63,432 nt of DNA, filler included, from Octopus bimaculoides (GCF_001194135.2; 4 parts of 3 records of this genome joined end to end with filler, not necessarily neighbours in it); one strand, 5' to 3'. Counted from the first letter of the whole stretch, positions 14,350-28,296 are shown. Notes: generated by a model from the letters alone, not told the origin. Program-made: numbers and translations.

Positions 14350-15921
14350 ATAGCCAACATAACTTATTGCTCGATCGGCGGAGGTATTTCATTAGAAGCA
14401 TTTAGAAATTTTCTCCTGATTTATCTGAACTGCCTATGAAATTTCTCCATCTTCCACAAACCTTTAATTCTTAACTGACCAAAGCGTTCTTGCCTATGAT
14501 CTTTTTCCTGTAGATTGGCGTCTTCGAGATATTTTCGACGCAGCTATCGATACAATTACGTTTTGCTTTGATTTCGTGATCGATACAAACGAAAAGGTTT
14601 CAAATAAACATTAGGAATAATTTTGCTTTGGATCTTTCAAAATTTTCTTGAGACCATTCTAACGATCTACTTCAGAAAATTCTGCCTGTATCTTCTCATG
14701 TTTGTCAGAGCAGAATATCCACTGTAGCCGTGAATATCTAACATGATCTAATTACAGTTAGACTCGATACGATGTGGAATTAAGATATTTGAGAAAAAAT
14801 ATATTTTTGTTTCTGGTAAGTTTTCAGGTTGGCTTATTTTACTATTCTGTTTTTATATATCTAATAAATAGTATTTTGTAATTGGATAAACATATTCTGT
14901 AGGTTTTCTTTTGATAATGTGAGAGTAGAATGACAAAGTATGTATGTTTTAAATTTATACATTGAAAACAGACATAGGCTAGATAGATGTTGACTTGATG
15001 AATATTGTGTGCAAATACCGAGTATTAATACAGCCTCTTGATACTGACTGGTTAATCACATTTTGAAAATATTTGAATAGATACAGTGTATGTGTGTTAA
15101 ATGACAGACACATACTGTAAATGTTTCTGCGTTAGACAAAATGTATAGACATTCACTGGATAGCCGTAAAGACATTTACTAGATAGATATGAATAGAAAT
15201 TTATTGGTTTGTTGTACATGTTGTTAGACCTAGTTATATCTATTCTATCATTTCTTATTAACCATGATATGTCTAGTATAATACAATCCTATGTGTCTTT
15301 CGTTTTTAAGTATTATTTGAGTGATATTTAGCTGTTATTTCTGGTAGTTTGATTGACTATATAGATGCTCCCTTGTTGGTTCGATGTTAACTGGGAGGAC
15401 ACAGTATAGATACTACGCTGGATAATTCTGTCTAATAAATTTTCAGATGAGCATCTCTTGAATCTGTTGGGGAATGGAACTGCGTAAACCACGATACTCC
15501 AGGTTATGGGAGAGGTTTTTATTCCACTATCCCTTTCCATTCGTTTTAAGGAAGATGGAATTGATTCTGAACTTTATGAATGCATGTGTTCGTTATGCCT
15601 GATCTTGAAGGTATTATCCCTAAGGCTTTTGTAATTCCTCTCTAAAGACATAGCATATGAATTAATCAAATGAGTAACATTTATAAGTCCCTTACAATTC
15701 TTTAAATTGTTTTAATTAATTTATATTTCATGCTTAATAAATCAAAATCCTTTAAGAGAGAGTTCCAGATGATCTTGATTTTTTTTTTACTCAGATCCAA
15801 ATAGAATGATCTCAAGAAAATTGTGAAAGATCCAAAGTAGAATTATTCCTAACGTTTATTTGAAACCTTTTCGTTTGTATCGATCACGAAATCAAAGCAA
15901 AGCATAATTATATCGAAAGCT
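14350..15921 (-). mobile_element. Degenerate Penelope-like element (GIY-YIG remnant) bracketed by a roughly 120-bp inverted repeat
   Basis: Minus-strand 'TFKIRHNEHMHS...SPITWSIVVYAVPFPNRFKRC' at about 15380-15700 resembles a PLE GIY-YIG domain. 14542-14661 and 15802-15921 are reverse complements at about 90% identity by eye. Confidence 0.6.
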
Positions 15922-16254
15922 AAGTGCATCTGAGAAAAAAAAATCAAGACCATCTGGGACTCTCACTTCAAGGATTTTGTCATGTTATTCATCAATAGTC
16001 ATCTTCCCACTTCCTAGTAATAACCCACCATTCTCCTACAAGGCGTTATTTCCCAGTATCAAGAGCTTTTTATTTATTGCATACTTTCATTGCACAACCG
16101 CGTGCAGCTGCGTACCTTGAATATATACAGTGCTTTGTTTTTTTGCTTTTGTTTTTCGAAAACTGGTTTATTATACTGCAGTTTTCTACTTGCTAATCGT
16201 ACTATTTTCTATGTTAATCATATTTGTAAATCCCGACATTGTGATTGTGTATCA

Positions 16255-16378
<124 letters not shown>

Positions 16379-16379
16379 A

Positions 16380-18060
16380 CAACCAAAACACTTATAATTG
16401 CCTTTGTTTTCAGACCCGACATTCGGGTTATATCTATTTCCAGACTTTTAGTTTTGGATCATTTCTCAGTTTCTTGCGGCACATTACCATGAAGTGGGAC
16501 TAATATGTCGATTGGGAAGTATTTCTTTTCCTGGTTGTCTTTGACAACAATATCAAGTAAATTAACCTTGCTCTCTCTACCTGTGTATATTATCAGCATA
16601 TTCCAGAGTATGGTTGCCTGTATATATTAGCGTATTCCAGAATATGGTTGCTATAACTTATTACAGGGGCAACTAGAGTATTGATACCTATCTAATATTC
16701 TAGATTTTGTTCGTATCTAAAGTATTAATACAATTCGTCTGTAAATTGCCTTCCCGACCTTTTCTTTCATTTGTGTATGTTGCGTTCGGTTTACTTCATT
16801 CCTTCCCATGTATTTATAAGTCATTATTTGGTCTAATTCTCTTGTCTCCGTTTTTATTAGTGTTTTCAGATAATTTCCTCTCATCAACGCTGCTTTGATA
16901 CATTTTGTCTTCAGTAAATGTGTCTTATCAGTTGATTATCATCTGTAACATTCAGTTTCAGGTCGTCAATATACAACAGAAAACGTAAATAATTTTCCTA
17001 CAGCATTTGTGTTCGAGTCCTGTTCTAACTGGGGAATTAAAGATGTTAACACCAAGTTGGAAAGTAGTTGAGTAAGAGAGAGTCCCTTTGGAATATTTCT
17101 GTACTAACAGAGATAGAATTTGTTTTTTATAATTCTCGATTTTATTTGAATCTACATAGATTCTTTGCCACTTATTCACGAACTGCTTGATGCACCTGCT
17201 AATTATCGGTGCTTCTTCATAGTTAAGGTTTCCTAAATTCTGTTTCTACAGATTTTGGTTATGGCAGCAACTGCTCTTTACATCCATATGACCCTCCACG
17301 GCTTCTCTTCCGTTCTTCTGAAAACTAGTTGCTGTTTTCTCCCCACTTAACTATTTATATTCTTTTATTATTGCAATAAAGGCTTTAATTAGACAGGTTT
17401 TAGGGATCTGTTGTGTCTTTGGTCATTGGAATTAAAATGATCTTCTCTTCAAAGAACTTTTCAAGTGTTGTTTTCAGCTTTTCAAGAGGTGAATATATTC
17501 TTTTGGCAACACTTATTCTGTATCGTTTGTTTTGCAAGCTGGGCTTTGGTATTTTATCAGTTTCTGCTGCCATCTATTTGTTAGCCTTTTAGTGGAGGCA
17601 TTTTTAATTCTTCAGTTTCTCTGACACCCCACGATAAGTGTTCACAGGTTGCGTTTGTTCTTTTGAACAAGCTCACCCGTGACGTTCTTTTCATTATACA
17701 TATTTCATGCCCATCCTCAGAATTCCTCGACTTGCTGTTGGAGCTACATTGATTTCTATTTTATTTTTACGTAGTTCTTGATAAAATTCGTTTGGGATTA
17801 GAATCGAACTGTTTCTTTAGTTCAAAAAACCGTTATCGCTTTTCCTAACGACAAGTTCTTTGCCATTTTGGAGAGATATCTTATTTCGGACGTTCTTTGA
17901 TTGCGAGTTCGAGTTTCCTTTTCCTTTTTTTCCTTTCCTTTCTTACCATTTGTGTTCAGTATTGATATTATTTAGAAATGAGGCATCTTTCTTTCATTTT
18001 CCATTTTTTTACGGGTTTGTTTTCCATGCTGTTTGGGTTTTGATATCTCAATATAAGTAA
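16380..18060 (-). mobile_element. Heavily degraded R4/Dong-clade retrotransposon (RT + REL)
   Basis: 'GSYGCKEQLL', 'NIPKGLSLTQLL', 'YIDDLKL', 'TYKYMG' and 'DIVVKDNQEKKYFPIDILVP' followed by a KYK.LEIEITRM-like segment. Many indels. Confidence 0.7.
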
Positions 18061-18790
18061 ATTCGATGGCGTATTCAGTTTCCTTTGTAATTTCTGTGCC
18101 TGTTGCTGCATAACGAGTACTCAGACACACAACCGGTCAAAACTGATTTGAAATGGTGAGAAATCAGATGAGAAAATGCATTGAAACAAAGAAAAAAATT
18201 CGAAGTGGAAGCAATGGATTTTCTTTAAAAATGATACGCAAAATATGTCAGGAGCGATGGAAAATGGAAGAGTTATGTAAAAGTTTTTTAAAATTTATGT
18301 AAAAATAGTGTAAAGATAAAAATTCGAAATCTGACAGTTGAAAAAACTTAAGAATTCAGAGTAAATACAAGAAAATTCCAACATATTCCTAGAAATATTA
18401 TTAACAGTCTTTATAAGAAGGAAATATTAATGTATGTTATCTGTTTAGTGGAAGAGACATCGGAACTCAAAACTTCGAAGAATGCCTGCAGCAGTTCAAT
18501 AAGTCAGGTTAAAACCAATTTGTTCTCAAATACATTAAAATACTTCTCGCTAAAATACAACAGACATTTGAGAGGATTATGGTAAAAGTTACATCTTTAT
18601 GAGCTTGTTCTTTCCAAAATTGACCTGTAGAAAGGAGCCGCAATAGATCCTTTCAATAGCAAACGTATTTGGACAGACTCGTTCAGGAGACGTGAAATTT
18701 GGGGAAGCGTTTCGCGAAGTTTTTCAACCTTAATAAAATTCTATATTTAACTCTTGATTCCTATTTTCTCTTCCTCTTTTGCATGCACGA

Positions 18791-18838
<48 letters not shown>

Positions 18839-19329
18839 ATGCATACAGTTGTGTGTATGTACATGCATACATTTGTGTGTGTACATGCATACATTTCTAT
18901 ATTGTTAGGTGTCTGTTTAAAAAGCTGGAGGAACCACAATTTAAGGTTAAGCACTCATTAACATATAGGGGACTAAACTATTTATTTAGATTATGGCATT
19001 TACAAGACTGTTCATGTTTCTTTTGATTTCAAACTCATCACAGCGCAAATAAGATGATGATGGAAGTCGGCCTTTGCAAACGTGTGAGCTGTAATGTAAT
19101 AAGGGGCAGATAGTGTATAGGATTTCAATATTAGCTGTTGGTCAATATATTATGAAATACTTAAATGTATGGAGGAAGGGTGGTGGGCAATAAATTAAAA
19201 TAAACCATTGAAATTGTGTGTAAGTGTGTGTGTGTGTGTGTGCGTGTGTGTGTGTGTGTGTGCGTGTAAGTGCGTGTATGTGTGTGTATGTGTGTGTATG
19301 TGTGTGTGTGCATGTGTGTGTGTGTGTAT

Positions 19330-22300
19330 GATGGCCGTCCACTCGTGACCGAGAAAACTATTACTCACCTTTAAGAACGTTGTGCGCTCAAGACTACCCT
19401 ATACTTTAAACTTGCGGCTCCATTGGTGACTAACAAACCCTGCTCTTGACAAACATACACGACTGCAAACATTGCAGATTAAGCTTTCCCCATTCATTAC
19501 ACTAGCAGTACGTTTTCAAGCAATACACTTAACTTCTTCATGAAAAATATGCTTTCCACTAACAAGTTCCCTCTGTAGCATCTGTTTAGGGATCCTGCTA
19601 TCATTCATTCTAACAAGGTATCCATTCCAACGTAATCAGTATTTGTGCACCATCGACTCAATACTCAGGATATCGGCTTTCCTCAGGACCGGTGTATCTG
19701 GAGTTTTTAAGGTCCAGCCAACATTCAGAATGTGTCTCAGACATCTCTGGTGGAAGTGTTCAAGGACCCTTACATGACGTTTGTAAAGGGTCCATGTCTC
19801 ACATGAGTAAAGGAATGATGTCAGTACATACGCACAGTACACAGCAATTTTTGTTCGTCTTGTGATGTCATGTTGGGACCAGACACGAGACTCAAGAGAC
19901 TTGAAAGAATCAGTTGCTTTCTGCAGCCTGAAAGATATTTCATCATCCAGGAGACAAGAACGGCTGAGTGTGCTGACCAAGTAGACAAACTTGTCTACCA
20001 CTTTCAGTATTGTTTCTTCAACCAAGATAGCTGGTTTCCAGGTGCAGGTTGGAACATTACAACAGGTTGTCCAGGCTAATGCTGACTCTAAATTCCTTGC
20101 AAGAAGCAGAAAAATAATTCACAAGTATTTGCATATCATCCGCCGTATGAGTGGCTAAGTCACAGTCATCTGCATAAAGAAGGTCACGAATAAGAGACAG
20201 GAAAACTTTTGAATTGGCAGCAAATCGACGCAGGTTAAAAAGACGGCCAAAAGATTGATACCTAACATATATTTCAGGAGAGATGTCCACAGAAAAAGCA
20301 TGAGTAACAGTAGCAGTAAAGTACAGAGAATGTCACCCTGCTTGACACCATTTTCTACAGGAATGGGTCCGCCATGTCATTACCAGCATTGACCCTAGCC
20401 TCCATCCCATCATGAAATGATTTGATTATTGATACAAAGTGATCCGGACATCCAAGTTTGCCAAGTATTTTCCATAGGGAGGCCCTAATCAGAGTATCAA
20501 AGGCCTTGGTTAAATCAATGAATGCCTGGACAAGAGCCATATTCTGCTCATAGTACTTCTCCTGCATCTGTCTCGCCGTGAAAATCATATCCATCGTTCC
20601 TCTTCCAAATCGAAACCACATTGAGATTCAGATAGGACATCATCTACAGGGCAGGTAAGAAGAATACTTGCCAGAACCTTGTCAGCAGCTGATAGTAGAG
20701 CAATGCCTGTGTAGTTGCCACACTCTACTCTGACTCCCTATCCTTCATAGAGAGGAAGAATAATTGCAGTCTTCCAGTCTTTAGGCGTTGCACCATCCCC
20801 CCAAGTTACACTAATAAGTTCATGAAGTGACTGTAAGATGTAATCACCACTAAATCGCAGGACCTCAGCACAAATACCATCCTTACCAGGTGCCTTACCA
20901 AGATTCAATTTATTTATTGCTATCATTACCTCATTTATTGAAGGCATGGGATTTAAGGAGCTAATGACAGGTCTTTGTTGCAAAGTGTCAATCACTGCTT
21001 CGTTCACAACTGACTCACGATTTAGGAGTTCAGAAAAATGTTCAATCCAGCGATACGCGTTTTCTGTTGATTTTGTAAACAGAGTAGAAGACTCCTTGGA
21101 AAGCAAAGGAGCTAATGCAGAGCTCTTAGGCCCATAACCTTGCTTCATAAGATGGTAAAGTTTCTTGCTCTCATTTGCATCAGCAGCAGCCTGAACGTCA
21201 TGAAGAAGATCCTCCCACCAGGTGTTCTACATCTTCCTGAGAGATCGCTGCAGTTGTGATTTTACACAGCAGTAGTGGGCAAGTGCTAGATTTCTCTGTA
21301 CAACTGAATGTCCTCTGTGCAGTAATAGATTGTGCGCATAGCGTTTTACGACAGGCAGTCTCTGAACTTCAGCATCATTTTCATCAAACCAGTCTATGCA
21401 TCTATCAGTAGCATATCCAAGTGTTTCAGCAGCACATTGAAAAACCTGGTCTCAAAAATCTTGCTACGCTCTAGTATTTTCAATACTGGATAAACAATTC
21501 TGAAGCTCTTTTCTCACCGCAGCATCATGTATCTTATGAACATTCAGATGCCGAGAAATGCCAACTAGTCCTCTTCTTTCTTTCATTCTGATCATCATCC
21601 GGAACTTTGCTCGCACCAGGCTGTGGCCCGCCAAGCACTCCGAACCATGAAAGGACTTGACATTACAAATGTCATAAATGTCACGCTTGCGAATGATGAC
21701 ATAATAAAGTGCCAAACTTTAAACCTTGGATGCATCCACGTTGTTGTGTGATCACCTCTGTGCATAAAATGAGTGCTTGCGATGTAAAGTCCGTATTCCT
21801 TGCAAAGCTCTAAAAGCATGAGACCATTGCTATTCATCTTTCCTATACCAAAATGTCCAAGAGAGTTCCAAGAGAGTTCCACGTCTGTCAGAGTTCCAAC
21901 CTTGGCATTGAAATTCCCTCAGTAGAATGACTTTATCAGAATTGGAGATTTTCCTAAGTATGGCTCTCAGCTGGATACAGAAAATAGTTTTACCTTCATC
22001 ACAATTCGTCAAAACAGGTACATATGCACTTATTAAAGTAGTAAACCGCCCACCTCTCAGGTGCAAACGTAGAGTCATTAGACGATCACTTATAGGAACA
22101 AGAAGCTCCTCTAACTTCTTAAAGATTTCAGATCGAACTGCAAAGCCAACACCAGCCTCTCTGTGCTCCTCCTTCGGTTTCCCCTTCAAAAAAAGAGGTG
22201 TATCCACCTCTTACTTCTTCAAGCTGACCATCACTTTCTACATGAGTCTCTGAAAGTGCAGCTATATCAATGTTATAACGGTTCAGCTCGCGAGCAATAA

Positions 22301-22700
22301 GTGCAGTGCATCTTTCAGGCCTACAGTCACTCTTGTTATCCAACAGAGTGCGCACATTCCAACATGAAATATTCAAGTTCCAACCAGATTTTATAAATAT
22401 TCTCTTTGCTTTTCGAGCAAAGTATGGACATCCGTCAGTCGCGCTAATGTGACCAGATAGAGAAAGACAGGCAATTTTTGGTTCACCTTTTGTAGAGCCT
22501 TCCCGACCTCCAGATGAGCTGTGTCCTCCCCAAATGGAGCTGCTCAGACACCCATGCAGCAACCGAACCCCATTGCTGTTTAGGCCGACAAGGAGACGAC
22601 TTTATATCTAACATGGGCCGCCTACGTGCAGGTCAGTGACTACATTTTTCCAACACTTCAGGTCTGCATGCTTCGCCATCTTCCCACCACCGCAGGACTT
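19330..22700 (-). mobile_element. Near-full-length degenerate RTE-clade LINE (AP endonuclease + RT)
   Basis: 'ISCWNVRTLLDN...RYNIDIAALSETH', 'EAGVGFAVRS', 'GKMNSNGLMLL', 'KAPGKDGICAE', 'FRFGRGTMDMIFTARQMQEK', 'FIDLTKAFD', 'LLYADDC', 'YSCETWTLY' and terminal 'CSRVCLSRAGFVSH'. The 3' end abuts (CA)n. Confidence 0.95.
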
Positions 22701-23011
22701 CCGAATAAAAATATATATAAATATATATCTGTAATATAATATGTGACAATTATTCGGTTGCCATAATAAAACTCCGAGTTTTGGATATTGGGGTGGAAAC
22801 CCGCTCTGACATCTCTTCAGTTATTGAAGCAATCAAAATATGCTATGAAAATGACATTTAAACAAAGGGAAATTACTATGTAATTGACCGTTATTAAGAC
22901 AAAAGCACTATTAGAATGACCGTTAAATAAGGGAAAAACACTCGTGTGGAACACATGCATGTACACCCACATATATATGCAACCATACCCATGTTCGATT
23001 CCAGGCAGTGA

Positions 23012-23075
<64 letters not shown>

Positions 23076-23925
23076 TACATCAAATATTCTGCTCAATGCC
23101 ACAGTTTTGCTTGTCAGTTACTTGGCCTTAACCAGTTGAGCATGTCCTTTAATGGATGATGTTATGTGCATCTCTGATAACGAGCAGAAGTAGTGGGGGA
23201 GCATCATAGCCATGTGTTGAGAGGAATTCTTTGGGGCTTGAATACTTCACCTCTGGAAACATGGGTGCTTTGTTCATCATCCTTAAACAAACCTTATTCA
23301 AAGACCTTTTTAACAGGATGGGCTACTCAACCTGAAAAAATTCTATCTGGGCCCAACCTGCAAGGTCATGCGCAATTTATCTTGATATAAGACCATCATG
23401 TTGCGCACATGTGGTTGTGATGCATGAGCCTGGTGTACCTTTATCAGACGGGTAGTAATGATGGGTATATTGGGCTTCGTATAATTGTACCCCAGTGTCA
23501 CTTTGATGGCATACACTGCCCTCTCACTGAAGAAGAAGAAGANNNNNNNNNNNNNNNNNNNNNNNNNNNNNNNNNNNNNNNNNNNNNNNNNNNNNNNNNN
23601 NNNNNNNNNNNNNNNNNNNNNNNNNNNNNNNNNNNNNNNNNNNNNNNNNNNNNNNNNNNNNNNNNNNNNNNNNNNNNNNNNNNNNNNNNNNNNNNNNNNN
23701 NNNNNNNNNNNNNNNNNNNNNNNNNNNNNNNNNNNNNNNNNNNNNNNNNNNNNNNNNNNNNNNNNNNNNNNNNNNNNNNNNNNNNNNNNNNNNNNNNNNN
23801 NNNNNNNNNNNNNNNNNNNNNNNNNNNNNNNNNAGAAGAAGAAGAAGAAGAAGAAGAAGAAGAAGAAGAAGAAGAAGAAGAAGAAGAAGAAGAAGAAGAA
23901 GAAGAAGAAGAAGAAGATTCTCCAA

Positions 23926-23971
23926 GACACCTGATGAAGACTGGAGGGTATATCAGCCGAAACGTTGTGTT
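23926..23971 (+). ncRNA. Minimal type I hammerhead ribozyme motif (Penelope/retrozyme type)
   Basis: GACAC-CTGATGA-A-GACTGG-agggtata-TCAGCC-GAAA-C-GTT-GTGTT. Stem I GACAC/GTGTT, intact core, stem II with one A.C mismatch, loopless helix III. Confidence 0.7.
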
Positions 23972-24249
23972 AGCAACAAACAAGATGAGGGTAAATATCC
24001 GTCAAATGTAAATAATGTAAACCAGTACAATTTGTAAAATACGTTGTTGACTGTATTTTACATAAAGCTATTACTTTATAAGTTTATTCAGAGTTGTTTT
24101 TGTAAGGTATATCCCATTGATAAGAGCCAAGAAGCTTGAAACATCGATAGATGGCAACACTGAATAAAAAGAACACACCCTTTTACCATAAGAGAAATAT
24201 TTTTCTCTTCGGTAACTGCATATATAAGTTAGATGTTGGTATATCTGGT

Positions 24250-25520
24250 TGGTAGGAAGCATTATGCCAACTGAATAACCGTCTCTTCAACCAGCCTCTA
24301 ACCTCTGACCTAACCCTCACTATAAAAGACCTCCTGGCTCCCTTTTACTGCCACTAGCCATATCATCCGTACCTCCTCTGTACTAACGTCTTCATTTTTC
24401 CCTAAATTTATAAACCTAACAACTCTGATCACCCCTTCGTTTCCTCTTGCAATTGCTCCACTTCACTCATTTCAAACACCTCTATAGGATTCTCCAGTCT
24501 TCCTTCCGACATTCATGAAACCAATCAAGTTCTTTACCTCTTTAACTCTCTTCTCCCTTCCTTTTCCCTTTGCTCTAATTCACTCTCTACAAGTATCATT
24601 CCATACGATGACGGTCTTCTCGTCCTCAACCACTTCCAACACCGCTGCACAGTCTCCAACCCAGCATCCCCCTCTCTCTTCTGCTTTACTCAGCTTGTCT
24701 TTCCTCTGAATTGTTTCTCTTTCTACGGAGAATTTTACCAACAACATTGAGTAGCTATGAGAACTAGGTTGTTAGTTACGCTGAAGCCCAAATCTTCGCC
24801 CGTCTCCCTGGTCCCACTCCAGAACTGCATGATAAGTATATCAATCATTGTATCGACGCCGCTCCTCTCCCTCACGCCCAGATCACCCCTTCATCACTTT
24901 ATCGATGCTTTCTACCTCCTCTTCTGTCAATTTTCTCCACACCTCTGTCACCACTGATTGCCTAAACGTTTCCCCCTTTGCGTGTCCGTTTTCTGTAAAC
25001 CGGCCGACTCCCACACTTACCTCACCTACGCCTCTTCCCATTTCAGCCACCCCAAATCTCCTGTCCCTACTAACAATTTCTATGCTTTTTTAGCCATAAC
25101 TACAACTTTGCAATCCAGTTTCGATTTGTGTGTCGTGATTACCCCCAGACTATTGCTAGCAACGCCCGCATCCCAGCCTACAGTGTTGATCGCATCTTTG
25201 CTCTCATGCCCTGCACCTACTCGATTCAATTTACTTTTCTCCCTCGCCTTCCAACCTAATATCTTATTTCTTCATTTAGACCCCACCACTTCCCCTATAT
25301 TCCATAAACGACTGCTTCTCTCTGTCAAACGAGCCACTAAATTGTGTGACCCTTTTATTTCGTTGCTCCTCAACCCTTCTTAATACCAATCCCTGCTCTC
25401 CAGTCCAGTGTAACATATGCCCAGACATCCGCAACACTACTAACTCTCATTGAACCTAAACAGTTTTCCTTCCTTATCAAGGTCCATTTCATCAGTTCCC
25501 ATCAGATATGTCATATGCTC
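24250..25520 (+). mobile_element. Degenerate Penelope-like element, RT region
   Basis: Remnants of 'FPKFYKPNNSDHP', 'YDDGLLVLNHF', 'VAMRTR' and 'KYINHCI', plus 'CKPADSHTYLTYASSHFSHPKS' (KPTDSHxYL motif). Pyrimidine-rich sense strand typical of PLE ORFs. Confidence 0.8.
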
Positions 25521-26731
25521 ATATGCTGCCTTAAGTATCATTTCTGTGGTTTCTTATACACTAAAGATTAGCAGATCATATCATGGAACATCTAAGTGAT
25601 TTGCACCGTTATGTGATAATGTATTATATAGATATATGTACATACACACATAATTTTCATAAATAGCTGATGCCTTACTATAGTGACTCGCAGTTTCACA
25701 TTTAGATTTCTCAGATAATAGTAACATGAAATAGAACCATCTATCCACCAATATTGTGGAAAATATTAGCATTCTTTTGTCCACCACCTCATACGACGAG
25801 CATTCTTTCAACAATGTTGTAGATCGTTGTAATAATACCTTGAGCGATAGCAGTTTTAAAGAGAATATTTATTACCTACCATATAAATCATATCAGAAAA
25901 ATCTTAGTAACGTGTAACGACACTCCTTTTAATTTGGATGTATACACCAATATAAACCAAAAGCTTTCCAAATTTAAAAGAGCAGCATTTTCCTAAAACA
26001 CATGCCTACAATAATACCTTCAACAAAAAACATACAGAAACATGCTGTTCTACCGCTGAAAATCTCACCACATCTATATCTAACATTTAACAGCAAAGAA
26101 AAGACTTATAAATTAGGCGGTTTCTAACTTCACTACAAAATGTAATTACGTCAATACAATAAATTCTTTTTAAATGGAAATTGTTAAGCTAGCTTCAGCG
26201 CAGTAGGATCAAGCGAAATGTGAAATTTCAAGTCATTACGGTAAAGTTTCTGCTATTTGTCATAAATTATTGCACTCTTGTATTGAAAAATGTTCTCACA
26301 TTTATATACACTAACATATATTCATATTCTATACATGCATACAAATACATGTTGCTCGTTTAACATGCTCCAACAAACACACTCAAATACATACGCATAT
26401 CCCTATGTGTCTCTACGTATTCGTGTGTCTTTATATGTCCGTGCACGCGTATGTATGTAGATGTATGATGTATGTGGATGTATGTATGTGTATGCATGTG
26501 CGTCTGTATGTGCGTGCATGCACGTGGGTGTATAAATGTGTATATGTATGTGTGCATGTGTTTAGTGATAATGCTATCGAGTAAAAAATAATTTGATAAA
26601 ATATTAATGATGGCAAGAAATTATGCTAATATAGAAAAATGTAGTAGAAATATGGTAGAAAAAGGCGTTGGTGTCGTTCTTGCTGCTACTGCTGCTATTG
26701 CTGCTGCTGCTGCTGCTGCTACTGTTGCTAC

Positions 26732-26795
<64 letters not shown>

Positions 26796-27807
26796 CATCA
26801 TCATCATCATCATCATCATCATCTCGTTATTGTTGTTGTTTAACCTCAGATCACTCTTGATTGAGACAAACCTATTATCAAAGACGTTCTTAGTGATGGC
26901 CACATTACCCTTTCTTTCGGACATAGAACATCATTCAATATAAACCTCTTTATATGATATTTTATCAACACTTTTCATTAATGTTTTCTGCGTTTATTTT
27001 CCTGATATTCTATCAGCTTTCTCATTTCTAGAGATGCTGACATAGTCGAAACACCAACAAAACATTCAATCATAATCGAGAGAAAATAACTCAGGTCTTC
27101 CAGTTCGGCTGTAATGAGATGACCTTCACACTCGACCTGTACAGAGATGACATTGACGCATTACATAAAAGCGGAGTCATATATGTTACTCCTACGACCG
27201 AAAGGTTTACACGACATTACAAATAGATACTATAACGATTCATTTCACACAGAAAGGTGAAACATCAAATAACATCATTTTTATGCTTGTTTGTAGATTT
27301 TGTTTAGCTACAGCACATAGAATATTCTATAATACAGGTTTGCAGGGGGAAACATAAACATAAAAATTACGTTACATGCAAATATAGCAGACGTTGTGGA
27401 TTCAGAGTGAATCTGATCTTCGATTGGTTGCTCTTTGAACATTGAGGTAGCTTTGCATTCAGGGAATTGCATGAGCTAGCATGATGTGTGCATGTATAAA
27501 ACCCTTTAATATCGTTGTCGGTGTTATATCGATGTCACCGTTCCCGTTTATGTGGTTGTTGTTGTTGCTGTTGCTGTTGCTTTTGCTGTTGTTGCTGTTG
27601 TCATCGTAGTTATCGTTTTTGTTGCCGCTGTCACTTTTGTTGTTCATGTCACTGTTGCTGTTATTTATTATATTTTATATTATATTATATTATCAATCTG
27701 GCAACATTTTAGGGTTTTATTTTATTCTATTTATTGCTGAAAATATTAAAAGTGAGGGATCGATAGATGGCTATTCTTCGATCGAAAAAATCTCCATGAA
27801 AATTTAA

Positions 27808-27870
27808 ATGGAAAGTAGGGAGCGGCTTTTGAAATGGGATGTAATGGCTGCCGTCGGCAAGGATCAAAAG
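27808..27870 (+). CDS. Speculative first coding exon (MESRERLLKWDV)MAAVGKDQK, ending at AG|GTTCGT
   Basis: CpG-containing patch not recognised as a repeat. AATGGCTGCCG (YY1-like start context) with ATG at 27844 and a donor-like site at 27871. No downstream partner exon found. Confidence 0.2.
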
Positions 27871-28296
27871 GTTCGTTGTATTTCAGTCTATGGATGGAGC
27901 CGTGGGGTTGGTGATGTGTTGTTGGCAGTGTAGCCTGAAGTATGGTCTCTCATCTATGTGTTTTTATGTGTTTGGATGCAATTATAAATAGAGAGTATGT
28001 TTGCGAGTGCGTAAATGCATGCATACGCGTATGAATGTTTATGCTGTTATATGTGTAAGTGCATGAATATAAATTTCAGAATATCCAACTGTGTATGTAT
28101 TCCATAGGTCTATGTATTCATGTTTGTAATATTGTTTATAAAAGTGTATGGATGTGCATGATTAGTGTATGCTGGTGTACATATACATGAATGTATAAGT
28201 ATAATGTAAATACGTTTGTTAGGCATGTCTTTGAATATGACGGCATATGTGTATGTTTAGCATATTCGTGTCTACATATATCTATATGTATGTATA

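Noticed and set aside
26604-26943. Poly-D/H/M/L ORFs from (GCT)n(GAT)n(CAT)n
   Set aside because: Compound trinucleotide microsatellite with no coding context.
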